A program made the position numbers and the translations under genes. DNA of 63,961 nt, filler included, from Octopus bimaculoides (lineage: Eukaryota): assembly GCF_001194135.2 (NCBI RefSeq). It is 4 parts of 4 records of this genome, joined end to end, with 100 filler letters (N's around TTAATTAATTAA, not from the genome) between each part and the next. Parts side by side here need not be neighbours in the genome. Positions count along the whole stretch, not along the records: positions 35,813 to 62,717 come from NC_068984.1; 3 more parts are not named here. One strand, written 5' to 3'. The notes under the pieces were generated by a model, which worked only from the letters and a program-made list of their open reading frames with translations, did not search any database and had not been told where the DNA came from. Shown in pieces: positions 35,849-48,120 of this stretch. How positions within the stretch are numbered: position 1 is the stretch's first letter; each line of letters starts with the position of its first letter.

Positions 35849-38800
35849 AGGGAGAAAGAGAGTGGGGTGAAATAAGCAAAATAAACAAAGTTACTGGTAT
35901 TCCGAAAGTTTCATTATTTGCATTCCAATGATCTTTCACAGATCAAGTTCATCAACCATGAGAAGGCAATCGAAAAGGTGAGTACCCTTCGTCGAAACCG
36001 CCGGAGATCTATTTATTTATGTCTCTATGAATGCATTTATCTCATAATGTGCATGCGTTGTGAGTCAGTGGTTGTGGATTTGAGATTGAACCTGCAACAG
36101 CTGTTTGATTCTCTAAATGATCGAAAATTATTCCATTTAAAGAAAATATTGTATTTTGCATGTGGAAGTAGCGTTGTAAGTTATCAAACGTCCACATCTG
36201 TTCAAATATGTTTAGGGCATATTCGACCAGAAAAAAAGCCGCTTTCGCTGGGATTTGGCGTTGAGAAAAATTCTCACGTTTGGCAAAAAGTGTTTCTAAC
36301 ACCATCAATCATTTCATGGCAACCCTAGCGGAACAGTCAGTGCATTTCTTGCTAATTTGGCTATCACCTGCACCATGCACCACAAAAGAGACAATTCTGA
36401 AATAATTAAAGCGAGAATTTTTCTGAGTTGCTTGAAACGGCCGTAATGAATTGACACTTGTACATCTTTGTTACTCGTTTATATATATAAGAACGGCCTT
36501 TTTACCGGTCAAATATGTTCCAGACATATTTCAACTGATCTAAATGTCATTTTAAAGAGTTTCCTGAACCTAAAAGGGGAACCTTTTTGAAGCAAACAGT
36601 ATTGTGGTTTGTAAAAAGGCTTTCCACTTAAACGTACGCATGAAATAACGTAAAAGTTTTATCTAACATTACTTTGCATTTTTCACGAAATATTTTGCAA
36701 AATTTACATCTTGTTTCATTATCTGTTTGCATTTTTATAATGTTATCTCTGAATTATGTGTAAAGGTACCGTTGCATCACTTTATCACGAATATAGTTGT
36801 GTTTCTGCCTTGTCATGACGTAGTAGCCAATTACAGGTCATGATGACTCAAGTTACGATAATTGACTCTTATCACCAATTAACAAGTTTATCAGGCAGCT
36901 GCAGTTATAGATCAACATATGTTACAACTATATTTTTTACAAGAACTCTTACTGATACATCTATATGTTACTGCTGTTAAAAGCTACTTGACAATGCTTC
37001 CTCATCTAGACAGGTTCGGTTGCTTGCTGGTAAAAGAAAACACATAAGTATTACTTATTACATTTTGGCAGCATTGGCTTTCTCCTTGACCTCTGAAGGC
37101 CATAACCAGTTCAAGCCTGAATCTCTTCAGGCTGGGAGGCAAGATTGCAGCGTCATTAGTGCGCCGTACTCTACACGTTGAGTTCAAATGTTGAAGTCAA
37201 CTTTGCCTACCATCCTTTTGAAGTAGATAAAAACGAACCAATCTAAGATGGTGGCGGGCTGGGGAACCTGTAACAACATCGGACTGGATGCTATATGGAA
37301 TTTGTTCAAGATGTTTGTATTCTGAGTTTAAATCCCAACATGGCCTTCAAGGGCGGTAGACTTAATCCGTTGCCCAATTTAATACCACCATTTAGCACTT
37401 CGAGCGCCTTTAACGGAGTTTACTCTCTTGCAAGCATTTAGACTAAGTCTCAGTCTTTAGGATACCTTTCCACCCAAAAATCTTGGAGGCCGTGTAACGC
37501 ATCATGAACGCTGCCTTTTCTTCTGACTCAAAAAACAGTGGTGCAGCTCGAGTGTGTGTTGTCCGGGGAAGCTTTCGAGTTTACTCCACCCGGGGTATAA
37601 GCATATACAACAAGCCCAAAAGTGGCGCCCCACATAAAAGCGTCACCCAAAGCGGTCCTACACCCTTGTTCCCCCTACTCCTCAGTTAAACTGGCACTCA
37701 TACACCATCGGCTGCAAGTAATCAAAATATTACGAAATAACATGGTAAAAGAGCTGCAAAAAGATATTCCGGACCATTTCCAACTGACAAAATAATATGC
37801 TACTGGAGGAAGTAAGGGAAACTGTCTAAGCTTGCATTAACAAGTTAATGTATTTCTCTTGTGGTATGAATTTACTTTTTAATGCTGGCTTAAAGATTTT
37901 CTCTTTCTCACTCTTACCTCACGAGTATTCAAGAAAGAAGTTTTGGAGCAAGATGAAATGATGGTTTCGAATGTTTGACAGACACAAACCCAGCAATTTT
38001 AGATGAGGGAGTAAATCGATTACAACGATCCAAGTATCCAACTAGTATTTATTTTATCGACCTCGAAAGGATGACAGGCAAAGTCGACCTCGGTAATATT
38101 TAATCTCAGAATGTATAGTTGGATTAGGTGCTGCGAAGAATTTTGTCGGGTGCTAATGACTTACTGCTTTTAGCAAGGTGAATAATAAGTGATGGAGAGT
38201 ACTCAACAAATTTCAAGGTTGAAGGTGACACAGCTATCAACACAAACACTGTTAAGAAATTAGAAGGATAATTAAACCAAATAAATAGGGCAAGTTTAAA
38301 AAAAAAATGTGGAGTTGAACACGAACAATTGAAAGACCAAGTATATGGCAAATTGAAAGCAAATTTACTTTTCAGAGGATAATTTTGCTTATCAGTTTAT
38401 CTGGCATAATATATGTATTCCTGATAAATAATTGAAGTGGGACTATGTACAGGAAAATGTCCTGCCCAGAAACAGAAGCAGTATGATTGCTTCCATATCA
38501 AATCCCTTTTCATAGGACCATCTCGCTTATCAGTTTCAGCTAATTTAGTGTTTCCCAACTTTTTCTATGCCTCGTACTCCTAGGATGTTTGAGTTCCGCA
38601 TTCCCTACAAAAATAATATCACAAATAATAATGGGGGAAAAATACAGTTTTCTTATAACTAAGCAGTATATTTTCTGCTTTACGTTCTGAGTTCAAATTC
38701 CACCAAGGTCGACTTTGCCTTTCATCTTTTCCAGGTCAATAAAATAAGTACCATTTGGGCACTGGGGTAGATCTTACTGACTAGACCACCACTTTAAATT

Positions 38801-39134
38801 TCAGGCCTTGGCCAACTGTAGAAAGAATATTTTTAATTGAACTACACATTTAGAATTGTGGGTGAACAAACTGAACTTAAAATATAAGCAACTGGAGCAA
38901 TTAGAAAAGCAAAGCGTAAACAGTCAACTCAATCATAATTGTATCATAAAATATAATTACTTTTTTGTTCTTGATTCTCATCCATGACTTTGCCAAAAAG
39001 TGGAACTTTTACTGATTGCAATCCGCAAGTTTGCAAGTGAATTCAGGTGATTCCTAGATTTTTATTGATTAACTAAAGAGAACTGAATCCCGTGTAGTAG
39101 GTGTCAGCCTAAAATTTGAAAAACGACTCGTTAT

Positions 39135-39370
39135 TTCTTATTTCTTTATTGCTCACAAGGGGCTAAACACAGAGGGGACAAACAAGGACAGACAAAGGCA
39201 TTAAGTCGATTACATCGACCCCAGTGCGTAACTGGTACTTTATTTATCGACCCCGAAAGGATGAAAGGCAAAGTCGACCTCGGCTGAATTTGAACTCAGA
39301 ACGTAATGGTAGACGAAATACCGGTAAGCATTTCGCCTGGCGTGCTAACGTTTCTGCCAGCTCGCCGTCT
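39135..39370 (-). mobile_element. SINE family B copy
   Basis: Reverse complement of 28700-28915. Confidence 0.85.
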
Positions 39371-39469
39371 CGTTATTTCTAATTAGGACATTTTCGATAA
39401 ACAACAGGACTCTTCGAATTGATTGATGACATCATCAAGAAGCTGGCCATTAATTTTGGTGTCTGTATC

Positions 39470-39800
39470 AAAATTACCTGACTGACCTTTTAAATTCACA
39501 GATACACTTGGTACTTTTAGCAAGCAACTATGCTTGTCAGGCTTAGAAAAAGAAAACAGTAAGGTATCGGTCGGTCTCTGACAAGTTTATGGTCGAACTT
39601 GAGGTAGTTGAGACCTCCGGCGTCTTTGGTCCCTGGATCATATCCCTGCTCACCGTTATCGGGGGCAGGGATTGCTGTCCGCAAGTGCGAGTCCCGCGAG
39701 TCAGAGTGGCTGTTCCAGCGCATGTCCTTCACTATCCTCCGGGGCAACGCTTTTCCATTTTGTCTGCTGGTGCCATGAGAAATGTTTCTATAGTGTGAAA
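39470..39800 (+). mobile_element. 3' fragment of a CRE-like (RLE) non-LTR retrotransposon
   Basis: With frameshifts it reads TDTL...KYRSVSDKFMVELEVVETSGVFGP...IGGRIAVRKCESRESEWLFQRMSFTILRGNA, matching the CRE-clade C-terminus (ETSGVFGP; LFQR.S..I.RGNA). Confidence 0.75.
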
Positions 39801-40652
39801 AGCAAGATTCTCCGTATTTGAGTAATACAAAGAGAAAGGGGAAAACATTAACAACTTTGAAAGATGTTTATTATTAACTCATTTTTATAGATATAGATGT
39901 ATATCATTGAACGATAATGTTTCATCATACACCAAATATTCAAGGATTTTACGGCGATCAGTCAACCAAGAAGGCAGGAATAATGAGCAAAAGAAGAAAA
40001 GAAACAAACATATTCAAGCAGTCAGTCGCTATCCGGCAATCAGCTGTTGGATTTGGCAGACTTGTTAAGTATGAAAAGCTGCAACACAAACTGCTACTAA
40101 CTTACAAATAAACAAACTATATTACGGCACATAACAGTCGCATTTCTCTCCCCGTTTTCTTTTCTATTTCTCATACTCACATAACTGCAGAACCAGTCCA
40201 CAACCATGCTATTGTACGAAAAGAACTTTCTTTTGCTTTTCTGTAGTTCCTGTCGGACCATCGTATCCAATTTAATCTTAAAACAATAAACCACCTATGG
40301 TAAATTGAAAACCTTGACTCTTCTCCCATTCATCCAACATTTAACTTTCTATTAATTTCATTGTTAAACCAGATACACACGAGTATGTCGTATACTGAAC
40401 GAGAACTTCTTAAGAGTGAAACCTGCATATGTAGAATAATAAAGAGCTTGGTACATTTAACAGAATAAATTATTTGTAAGAGTAAGTTAAAGAATTTTAT
40501 TATGAAAAGCAATTTTAATTAGGCTAATAATTTTTGAAAGGAGAAGACAAGTCGATGACATCGACTCCAATACTTGACCATGGGCCCGGGAACAGGGGGT
40601 GCAAGCACACCACCTAGAAGTTTTGTGGGGTGCAAAACCAAAATTTGCACCC

Positions 40653-41509
40653 TATAGGGTAGGATTCGTGACAGACGAACTGTAGACAAAAACTTCTTCC
40701 GTAGAAATGGTGTACGGTGCTCCCCTTACAGTGCCAAGAGAGTTCCTTCCGAATACGAAGTCAGACCCGGATGTCAAAAGGTACCTCGCTCAACTGAGAG
40801 ACAGCGTGGGCCAGTTGCACCCTGTTCCCTTGTCGACACACGGTACACTCAGATCATCCGTACCAAATGACCTCCGCACGACTAATTTTGTGTTCGTTCA
40901 ACGTGACACACGACGAAAACCCCTCCAGTCACCCTATGTTGGTCCATATCAAGTCATACATCCGGGAGATAAAACATTCCAACTCATAATTAGCGGACGA
41001 CAAGACACAGTCTCCATCGATAGATTGAAACCGGCCCATCTTGATATTGACAGCCCCGTTCAGGTGGCCCAACCACCAAACAGGGGCCGTCCTAGACAGA
41101 TCACACCAACCCTTTACAAGGAACAGTCACCAATGAATCGAGTAACCACATGCATGGGCAGGACAATTAAGATGCCTTCCCGTTTCCAATGACAGTCAAC
41201 AGTTCTGGCGGGGAGCTATGTAGGGCAGGATTCGTGATAGGCGAACTGTAGACAGAAACTTCGCTGCGGGCTAGCTAGGAAGTTGGTCAGCAGCAAAACA
41301 AATGGGATTTCCAGCAGGAGACGAAAAACAATAGAATGTCAACAGTGAGTGTGAAACGAATCTGAGTGAACTAAACAGAAATAACTGGCGACTTAAGCCC
41401 TGATGTACATAAAATAATAAACAGTTTGATTCGTCTTCACTAGTTTGTGAAGTTTACGCATAGCTTAACACCAGTTTGCGTATAGCTTAACAAAGCTGTA
41501 ACCCCTACT
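40653..41509 (+). mobile_element. Gypsy LTR retrotransposon remnant: 44 bp of 5' LTR, integrase C-terminus, PPT, 3' LTR
   Basis: ORF 40707-41192 has the GPY/F motif (LQSPYVGPYQV...DTVSIDRLKPAHLD). A purine tract precedes the LTR start TGTAGGG at 41219. The LTR ends ...CCCCTAC near 41508. 40653-40696 matches 41219-41262. Confidence 0.9.
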
Positions 41510-42588
41510 TACTTTTCTCAGGTTGAGAAAACAATGAATAAAAAGTGATCTGTAAAAAGTAGCTCAAAGTTAGGTTTACGACAACTTTTAACATGAAATA
41601 AGTTCCAATATAAAAATTTTTCTCTGTTCTATAAGACAAAATATACAAGTACACGAAGTTTTAAAGTGTTTCGGTAGAAAACACACTAAATAAAAAGTGG
41701 CGCCCGCCAAATCAGAAAGATCCGAACAAAGAACAAAAATAAATAAATAAATAAATAAATAAAAAAACAAGTCCTAGTTTGTAAAGATTTATGGAACTCG
41801 GTTTGCACCCCCTACGCAAATGTCAATTCCCAGCCAGTTTACTTTATTTTATCGATCCCTAAAGCGATGAAAGGCCAAGTTGACTTCGGTAGGATTTGTA
41901 CTCAAAACTTTAAGAGCTGGAAGAAAATGCTGCTGGACATTTTGTCCGAAGTGTTAATGGTTCTACTGTCTCCCTACCAAGTAAAAGTATATTTCGGGCT
42001 CCCAAATAGAAAAATTTCGAAACTCGAAATAACCTGCCTGGTTTCTTTGCGCATGTTTAGATTCATGTGCTCGTGTATAGTAATGTGTGCTTGCGGATGC
42101 ATAACACGCGTCTTTCTAAAGGCGTTCTAACCACGACGGCCACTTCATTAAAAACAAAAATTCCAATCTTGTCTTTTTAAGTGTTCCGTGTTCATCCAGT
42201 CTTTTTAAAAAGTGCTCCAACTGTGATCTTCTTTAAGCCTAATTCTCCTTCCTGTCAATGGAGTGGCCCTTTCAACCGTAATCATCTCTTCTTACCTTTA
42301 AAAACATTTCAAACATGATCGACTCATCTTTTTAAGCGCCCTAACAATGCCATTCAGTTCTTTTAAGAGTGTTTCAACAGCAATCATGTCTGCTCTGATT
42401 CAACCTATAATCAACCCCGCCTTAAAAAATATTTTTTTCGAACAATGTAACAGGGGGTACACAATCAAATATATCTAACCACAAATAAAATAACAAATGA
42501 TTGGATGTGGCATGCAGGAAATTTAGGCTTAAAAAATAACTACTATATCGTAAATGTTACTAATCAATGCATTTAAAAATTGGGCATA

Positions 42589-43289
42589 CCTACACAAATG
42601 TGCCCCCACGATTTTATTTCGTCATAACTTTCTGAAAAAATGAATATTTTTAAATGAAATTTTCTACAATTTTTTTACGCTTCGATGGTATAGATTCTGA
42701 TTATATCGGTATTTGTGGTGAAAATTTTTTTCCGGGATAGAGAGAGGAGTTTTTGAAAACTTCGTTTTCTCATAACTTTCAGAAAAAGGGTTATTTTTTG
42801 ATGAAATTCTCTACAAATAGAATAGAAATAGAAATAGAAATAGAAATAGTGTAGATTACAATTATATTGGAATTTAATATGAAACAACCAAAATGCTGTG
42901 TACATACACAAACATACTGACGCGTCACAATTTCTATCGAGATTTCTAGTTTCATTTTGAAGATACACATATGATGTGTGCCAGTATGTATGTGTGCGTA
43001 CCCACCAATTTTGTTTACACATTAAATTCCGATTTAATCGTTATCTATACATTCTGAAAGATATTTATAGAAAATTTCATTAAAAAATTTCTGAAAGTTA
43101 TGAAGTAACAAAATCGACTCATGTGAATTTTCCGAAGCTCCTCTCCCCACCACGGGAACATTTATTGACAGCAAATATAACTGAAATTTATGCCATCGGA
43201 AGCGTATTTGTAGATTTTATTTAAAAACAATTTTTCTGAAAGTTATGCGGTAACAAAGGGAATGGGGGCAGAAGTCACATTTGTGTAGA
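42589..43289. mobile_element. About 700-bp foldback MITE, copy 1 (upstream of PREP)
   Basis: Termini CCTACACAAATGTG / CACATTTGTGTAGA with TA on both flanks; long degenerate inverted arms; homologous to 45140-45847. Confidence 0.8.
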
Positions 43290-43449
43290 TATGAGAAGAA
43301 TTGATAGAAAACCCACATGCTGTCTCGTAAAACGGCGAAGTGTTATATTTATGTAATAAATCAATACAGGCATCGTTAAACCACAGTCCGAAAGTAGGTT
43401 CTAAGCAAACAATGTTTGACCCAGTGAAAAGTCGTTATACCAGTTTAAA

Positions 43450-43733
43450 TTTTTATCAACGTCACGTGGTGGTCTAGAGAAGATAATATCTGCATCACAA
43501 ATCCTCTTTGACCAGCGTTAATAACTCGGCGTCAGACCTACTAATACCCGACATATACACAGTGTATCAAAAACACACAGCACGTGTAGTAGTGACGTTT
43601 TACAACGAAGATGTAGAGAATGAATGGCTTAACAAGCGGAAGTGATTGAGAGCGAATGCGCACTCCACTCGATTATTTAAACTGCATTGTCTTCATTTTC
43701 TTGTGTCATCTGCAACCAACCTGCCGCTACGAT
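43450..43733 (+). promoter_or_regulatory. Putative PREP promoter / 5' UTR region
   Basis: Unique, CpG-richer sequence directly upstream of the ATG with GTCACGTG (43461-43468), CACGTG (43581-43586), GTGACGT (43592-43598), ETS-like CGGAAGTG (43637-43644), TGCGCA (43657-43662) and TATTTAAA (43674-43681). Motif-only evidence. Confidence 0.5.
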
Positions 43734-43799
43734 ATGGAGTTTTCTTATCCTAAAGCTCGTCGTGACGAATCAGTTATTGATGATTACCATGGACACAAA
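43734..43799 (+). CDS. PREP: Prolyl endopeptidase (prolyl oligopeptidase, S9A) exon 1
   Basis: ATG at 43734 reads MEFSYPKARRDESVIDDYHGHK, matching the PREP N-terminus (YP..RRDE...DYHG.K). Donor AAA|GTGAGT at 43800, phase 0. Confidence 0.93.
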
Positions 43800-45139
43800 G
43801 TGAGTATCATAAGTGAATAAATGGAATCACAGTTTTCCATTGTGCATTTACTCTGCTACCAATTAGGTTTCCGGGTCGGTGCTCCATAAATGCCGGTCGT
43901 TCTTTCATTCACAAGAAACCCGTTAATAATTTAGTCTCTTACATTCCCATTGATATATATATATATATATATATTTTCGTGGTACTTTAAATGTCTTGAA
44001 GTAGTTCCTAGTTTCTTAGAACATTATTTCATGTTTTTCTCTGTTCCGCATGCACACATCCACTCATAACGAGTAATACACTTTCTTTAAGTTGGCGCTA
44101 TTTTTTTCCTGCATCAGCAGTAAAAATTGTTTACTTTGTGTAAGAATGAAGGCTTTTTTTTCTCGGCGGCGAAAGGTTTATTTAATTATTTATTACAGAC
44201 AATAAGACATTTGATATCTTTAAATAATTCAAATCCATCATAATTTCGTCTTCAGTGAGCTTCATATCCCCATTTTCCGCAACTAGGATGAAGTCGAATG
44301 AGCTGAAGGCTGTGATTTTTCCTGATAAGTAATTCTATTTCCTTATTGTTAAACGTTCTAATTCTTTTATTAACATTTGATACACTGAGTAGTTCTTTGT
44401 CAAGCTTTACGCACGGTTAATTAGTCATATAGTAACCACTTTGGATCCTAACGAATGGTAATGTCACTCACCACTGCTTTATATTATCGAACCGGCATTC
44501 AACTGTCTGCTTTTCTCCCCCCCCCTTTTTTGACTATGATTATAGAGAAACTGAATGGACTAAACAGTATAGAGAAACTTATTTCCCTTAATTTAATTTC
44601 TCTCTTCCCAAATGTTTTATTTATATAAAAGAACGAACATTTTCACTATTGATGCTGTTATTCTTTGTTAACGGTAAATATGAGATTCCTGATACAGGCA
44701 GTTGCCTTGTTCATAAAAATGCCTTTATTAATCGTTTATTGTAATCACTACTCGGAGATACAACCTGCCGCTATAATACAAAGTTTAGAATATTTTTTCT
44801 TTAATTAGCCTTATATTAATTAAATTAGTTTATATTTAGCATTCAAGATGCATCATATATAGAAAATTTTATTCGGTAATATAAGGAAATAAGACTTGAA
44901 ACTAGATTAGTGGCGATATGATACGCACTTTTAAAGGGACCTTGTTCAGCCTCAAATCAGTCCTGCCCGAACAGACCTTTATCAAAGAAACTCCAGTCCG
45001 CCAAAATACCAAATTTCTTCGGATGTGTTTTCAGCCGCTCCCGTAATCTTTCTTTGACTTTGCAAGATTTTTTCATGTATATGTTTTAAACATCTGAAAT
45101 TATAATTCTTTAAACATATACCTCACCATTTTAGTCTGA

Positions 45140-45847
45140 CCTACACAAATGTGCTCCCCGCCGACTTTGTTTCCTCACAACTCGCAGAAAATGAATATTT
45201 TGTAATGAAATTTTCTACAAATCGCTTCAGATGATGCAGATTAAGACTATATCGGATAAAAAATTTTCAGAGATTGGTGTGGGGAGTTTTGGAAAATTCG
45301 CAGGAGTCGGCTTTGTCTTTCAGAAAAATGGGCAGTTTTGAATGAAATTTTCTACAAATACATTTCAGAATGTATAGATTGCGATTATATCGGAATTTAC
45401 TATATATTAAAAAACAAAACAAAAACTGGACTCTTACATATACATATTAACACGTATCACAATTTATTTTTTAAATTTAAATTTCAAGTTTTGTAGATAT
45501 ATGTGATGTGTGTCAGTGTGTACAATCTCACCAAATTTCTTTCCGTATTAAGTTCCGATAGAATCGTACTCTGAACACTCTGAAAGGTATTTGTAGGAAA
45601 TTTCATTTAATAATTACCAATTTTTTTTAAAGTTATGACGAAACAAAGCCGCATCGTATGAATTTTCCTAAACTTTTCTCCCCATCCCCGTAAAAAAAAA
45701 AAAAAAAAAAAAATTCGTCACAAATTCTGATAGAATCAAAATCTCCACCCTCCAAATCGTATTTCTAAAACATTTCATTAAATAATATTCGTTTTCGTGG
45801 AAGTTATGATGCAACAGATTCGGGGCGGGGACCCACATTTTATAAAA
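45140..45847. mobile_element. About 700-bp foldback MITE, copy 2 (PREP intron 1)
   Basis: Starts CCTACACAAATGTGCTCCCC; shares AATGAAATTTTCTACAAA, ATATCGGA and the central GATGTGTG segment with copy 1; the right end is degraded. Confidence 0.75.
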
Positions 45848-46624
45848 TCAGAAAACTTTTCGAAAAATGTTCATAGGCTCATGCGTGGCTGTATGATAAG
45901 ATGTTTACTGCCCAACCACATAGTTCAGGGTTCAATCTCACTGCGTGGCACATTATGCAAGTGTCTTCTACTCTAGACCCGGCTCGACCAAAGCGTGTGA
46001 GTGAATTTGACAACACTGGTGTTGGTTTGTTTACGTTCCTGTAACCTCGCGATTCGGTCAAAGGAGACCGATAGAATAAGTACTAGTTTTCAAAAATAAA
46101 ATATTGGGCTTGATTTGTTCAACTAAAACAATTCAAGGCAATGCTCCAGCATGGTCAGTCCAATGACAAGTAAAAGATAAAAACTATAAAAAGTAACTGA
46201 AAACATATGGAAGTGTGGGGCAAACAATCCCGTTGCAATCTGTGGATGTTTAAAATACATCCAAAGAAATAAGGGTTCTTTTTAGAACGGAATATAGTGA
46301 TGTATCCAGGGTGTCCTTTCCCTTTTTAGGACGGTAGGATTCTTGTTCAGCCCAAGGGCAATTTTGTTATATAATACATGATCAAAAACGTATACTGCAT
46401 CTTGCTGAATTTAAGGGATGTGATTTATTGGAGATTTGGCTGTTATTTCTAGCAGGTCAAGTGATTATTTAAGAGCCTCCTCCCTTGTCTGACCAGGCAG
46501 TTCAAAGCACCAAACTCAAGACATGATCAACATTGATCAAGCAGATGTTTGTTTATACTCACTCCAGCTGTGACCATCTTGTCTTTTGCCTGTTTACAGG
46601 GAATTCAGGATAACATTAAGCAAT

Positions 46625-47110
46625 ACATCAGTTTTCTTTTTAAACAGGTGTGGCTGTGTGGTAAGAAGCTTGCTTCTCAGCCACATGGTTCCAGGTTCAG
46701 TTCCACTGTGTGACACCTTGGGCAAGTGTCTTCTGTATCCTCGGGCCAACCAAAGCCTTGTGAGTGGATTTGGTAGATGGAAACTGAAAGAAGCCCATTG
46801 TATATATGTCCATATACATGTATGTACAAACACAGAAGCATGGTGCAGGCTCCAGCTTGGCCAACTCCTGTCAAACCGTCCAACCCATGCCAGCAGGGAA
46901 GGAAGATGTTAAACAATGTTGATAATATGTGTGTCTGTGTTTGTCCCCCACCATTGCTTGATAACCAGTGGTGATGTATTTATGTCCCCATAACTTAGCA
47001 CTTCAGTAAAAGAGACCGATAAAATAAGTATTAGGCTTCAAAAAATAAGTCCTAAGGCAGTGCCCCAGCATGGCCACAGTCAAATGACAAATAAGTGAAA
47101 GATAAAAGTG
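46625..47110 (+). mobile_element. SINE family A copy in PREP intron 1
   Basis: GTGGCTGTGTGGTAAGAAGCTTGC...CCTTGGGCAAGTGTCTTC... Further intron-1 copies at 45878-46190 +, 49310-49470 -, 49740-49995 +, 52040-52515 +. Confidence 0.85.
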
Positions 47111-47909
47111 GAATGTGATTTGAGTTTTTACTGCTATGTCTAGCGAGTGAAGCAACTATATGGAGTAGTCCTGGTCAAACTGTGGCCTGCAGGTTTTTTG
47201 GAATGGCACACCTGATATAAAAATTGTCTTGAAAAGGAGCACGGCACACCTGATAATGAGCCATGCCTCATGCAGCCCTCTTCTCAAAAATGGTTTTCCA
47301 TGTCTAATGTTGAAGCTCTCTCTTTGACTCAACAGTGGGATGAGTAAAGTTTAATACTTGTGATATCTTTAATATATTTATTGTAGCTAATATCTGTGGC
47401 TTTATCCTTATATTAAGTTTAGTATGATTAACAAACACTGCTGACATATCAGTAATTTTATTTAATAAAACAAATAATCTAGAAAGAATATAGATATTTC
47501 CAAGAACCCTTAAAAACTATACAGGCCAATGTTTAAAGACACTACAATGTAATTTGAGAGAGATTGGCTCATACCCCTGGCTGCTATTAGGAAATATATT
47601 AACTCATCTTTGGCTACCATTTACTGCATAATAAGAGACTTAACTCCTATTTCTAGAATAGTATTATCACAAATAGTGTTTCCTGAATAACTTATTTCTA
47701 ACAGGTATTTGAACCAAGATGTGTTGTATTAAATGTTCTGTCTAAATAAACAACATGATGCCTACTTTGGAATTGACCCAAAGACTTGATTGTTCTATAC
47801 TTGACATACATGTCTGTTTTACCTTTTATAGGACAAATTTTCAGTAAAATTAGAATGAGATAGGTTGTCCACCAAAAGTTAAATGAATTATATATATAAT
47901 GAGATTATA

Positions 47910-48120
47910 CAGGGTGTCCACAAAGTCTGGGTACATGCGGATTAAACATACTTTAAGAAATTATTATTACTTATATTTAATTGTTTATACTATTATCTTA
48001 TTTACTCCATGTACCCACATGGGGATTAACACATACTTTAAGAAATTATTATTTCTTATATTTAATTGTTTATGTTATGATTTTATATACTCCATGTACC
48101 CAGACTTTGTGGACACCCTG
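47910..48120. mobile_element. Tc1/mariner-type MITE with perfect 28-bp TIRs
   Basis: TIR CAGGGTGTCCACAAAGTCTGGGTACATG and its exact reverse complement; TA on both flanks; internal ~80-bp tandem duplication. Confidence 0.95.

Noticed and set aside
35918-36328. 136-aa + strand ORF
   Set aside because: No recognisable domain; length is within chance expectation for a window this size; only its 36-nt microexon-like part was kept as a candidate.
42165-42390. Degenerate ~30/60-bp periodic CTTTTTAA motif
   Set aside because: Looks like an old diverged minisatellite or repeat tail; the periodicity is too loose to support a claim.
44190-44410. Short minus-strand ORFs antisense to PREP intron 1 (e.g. 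KITAFSSFDFILVAENGDMK...)
   Set aside because: All three frames give about 50-codon stretches, no homology was recognised, and no consistent exon structure emerged.
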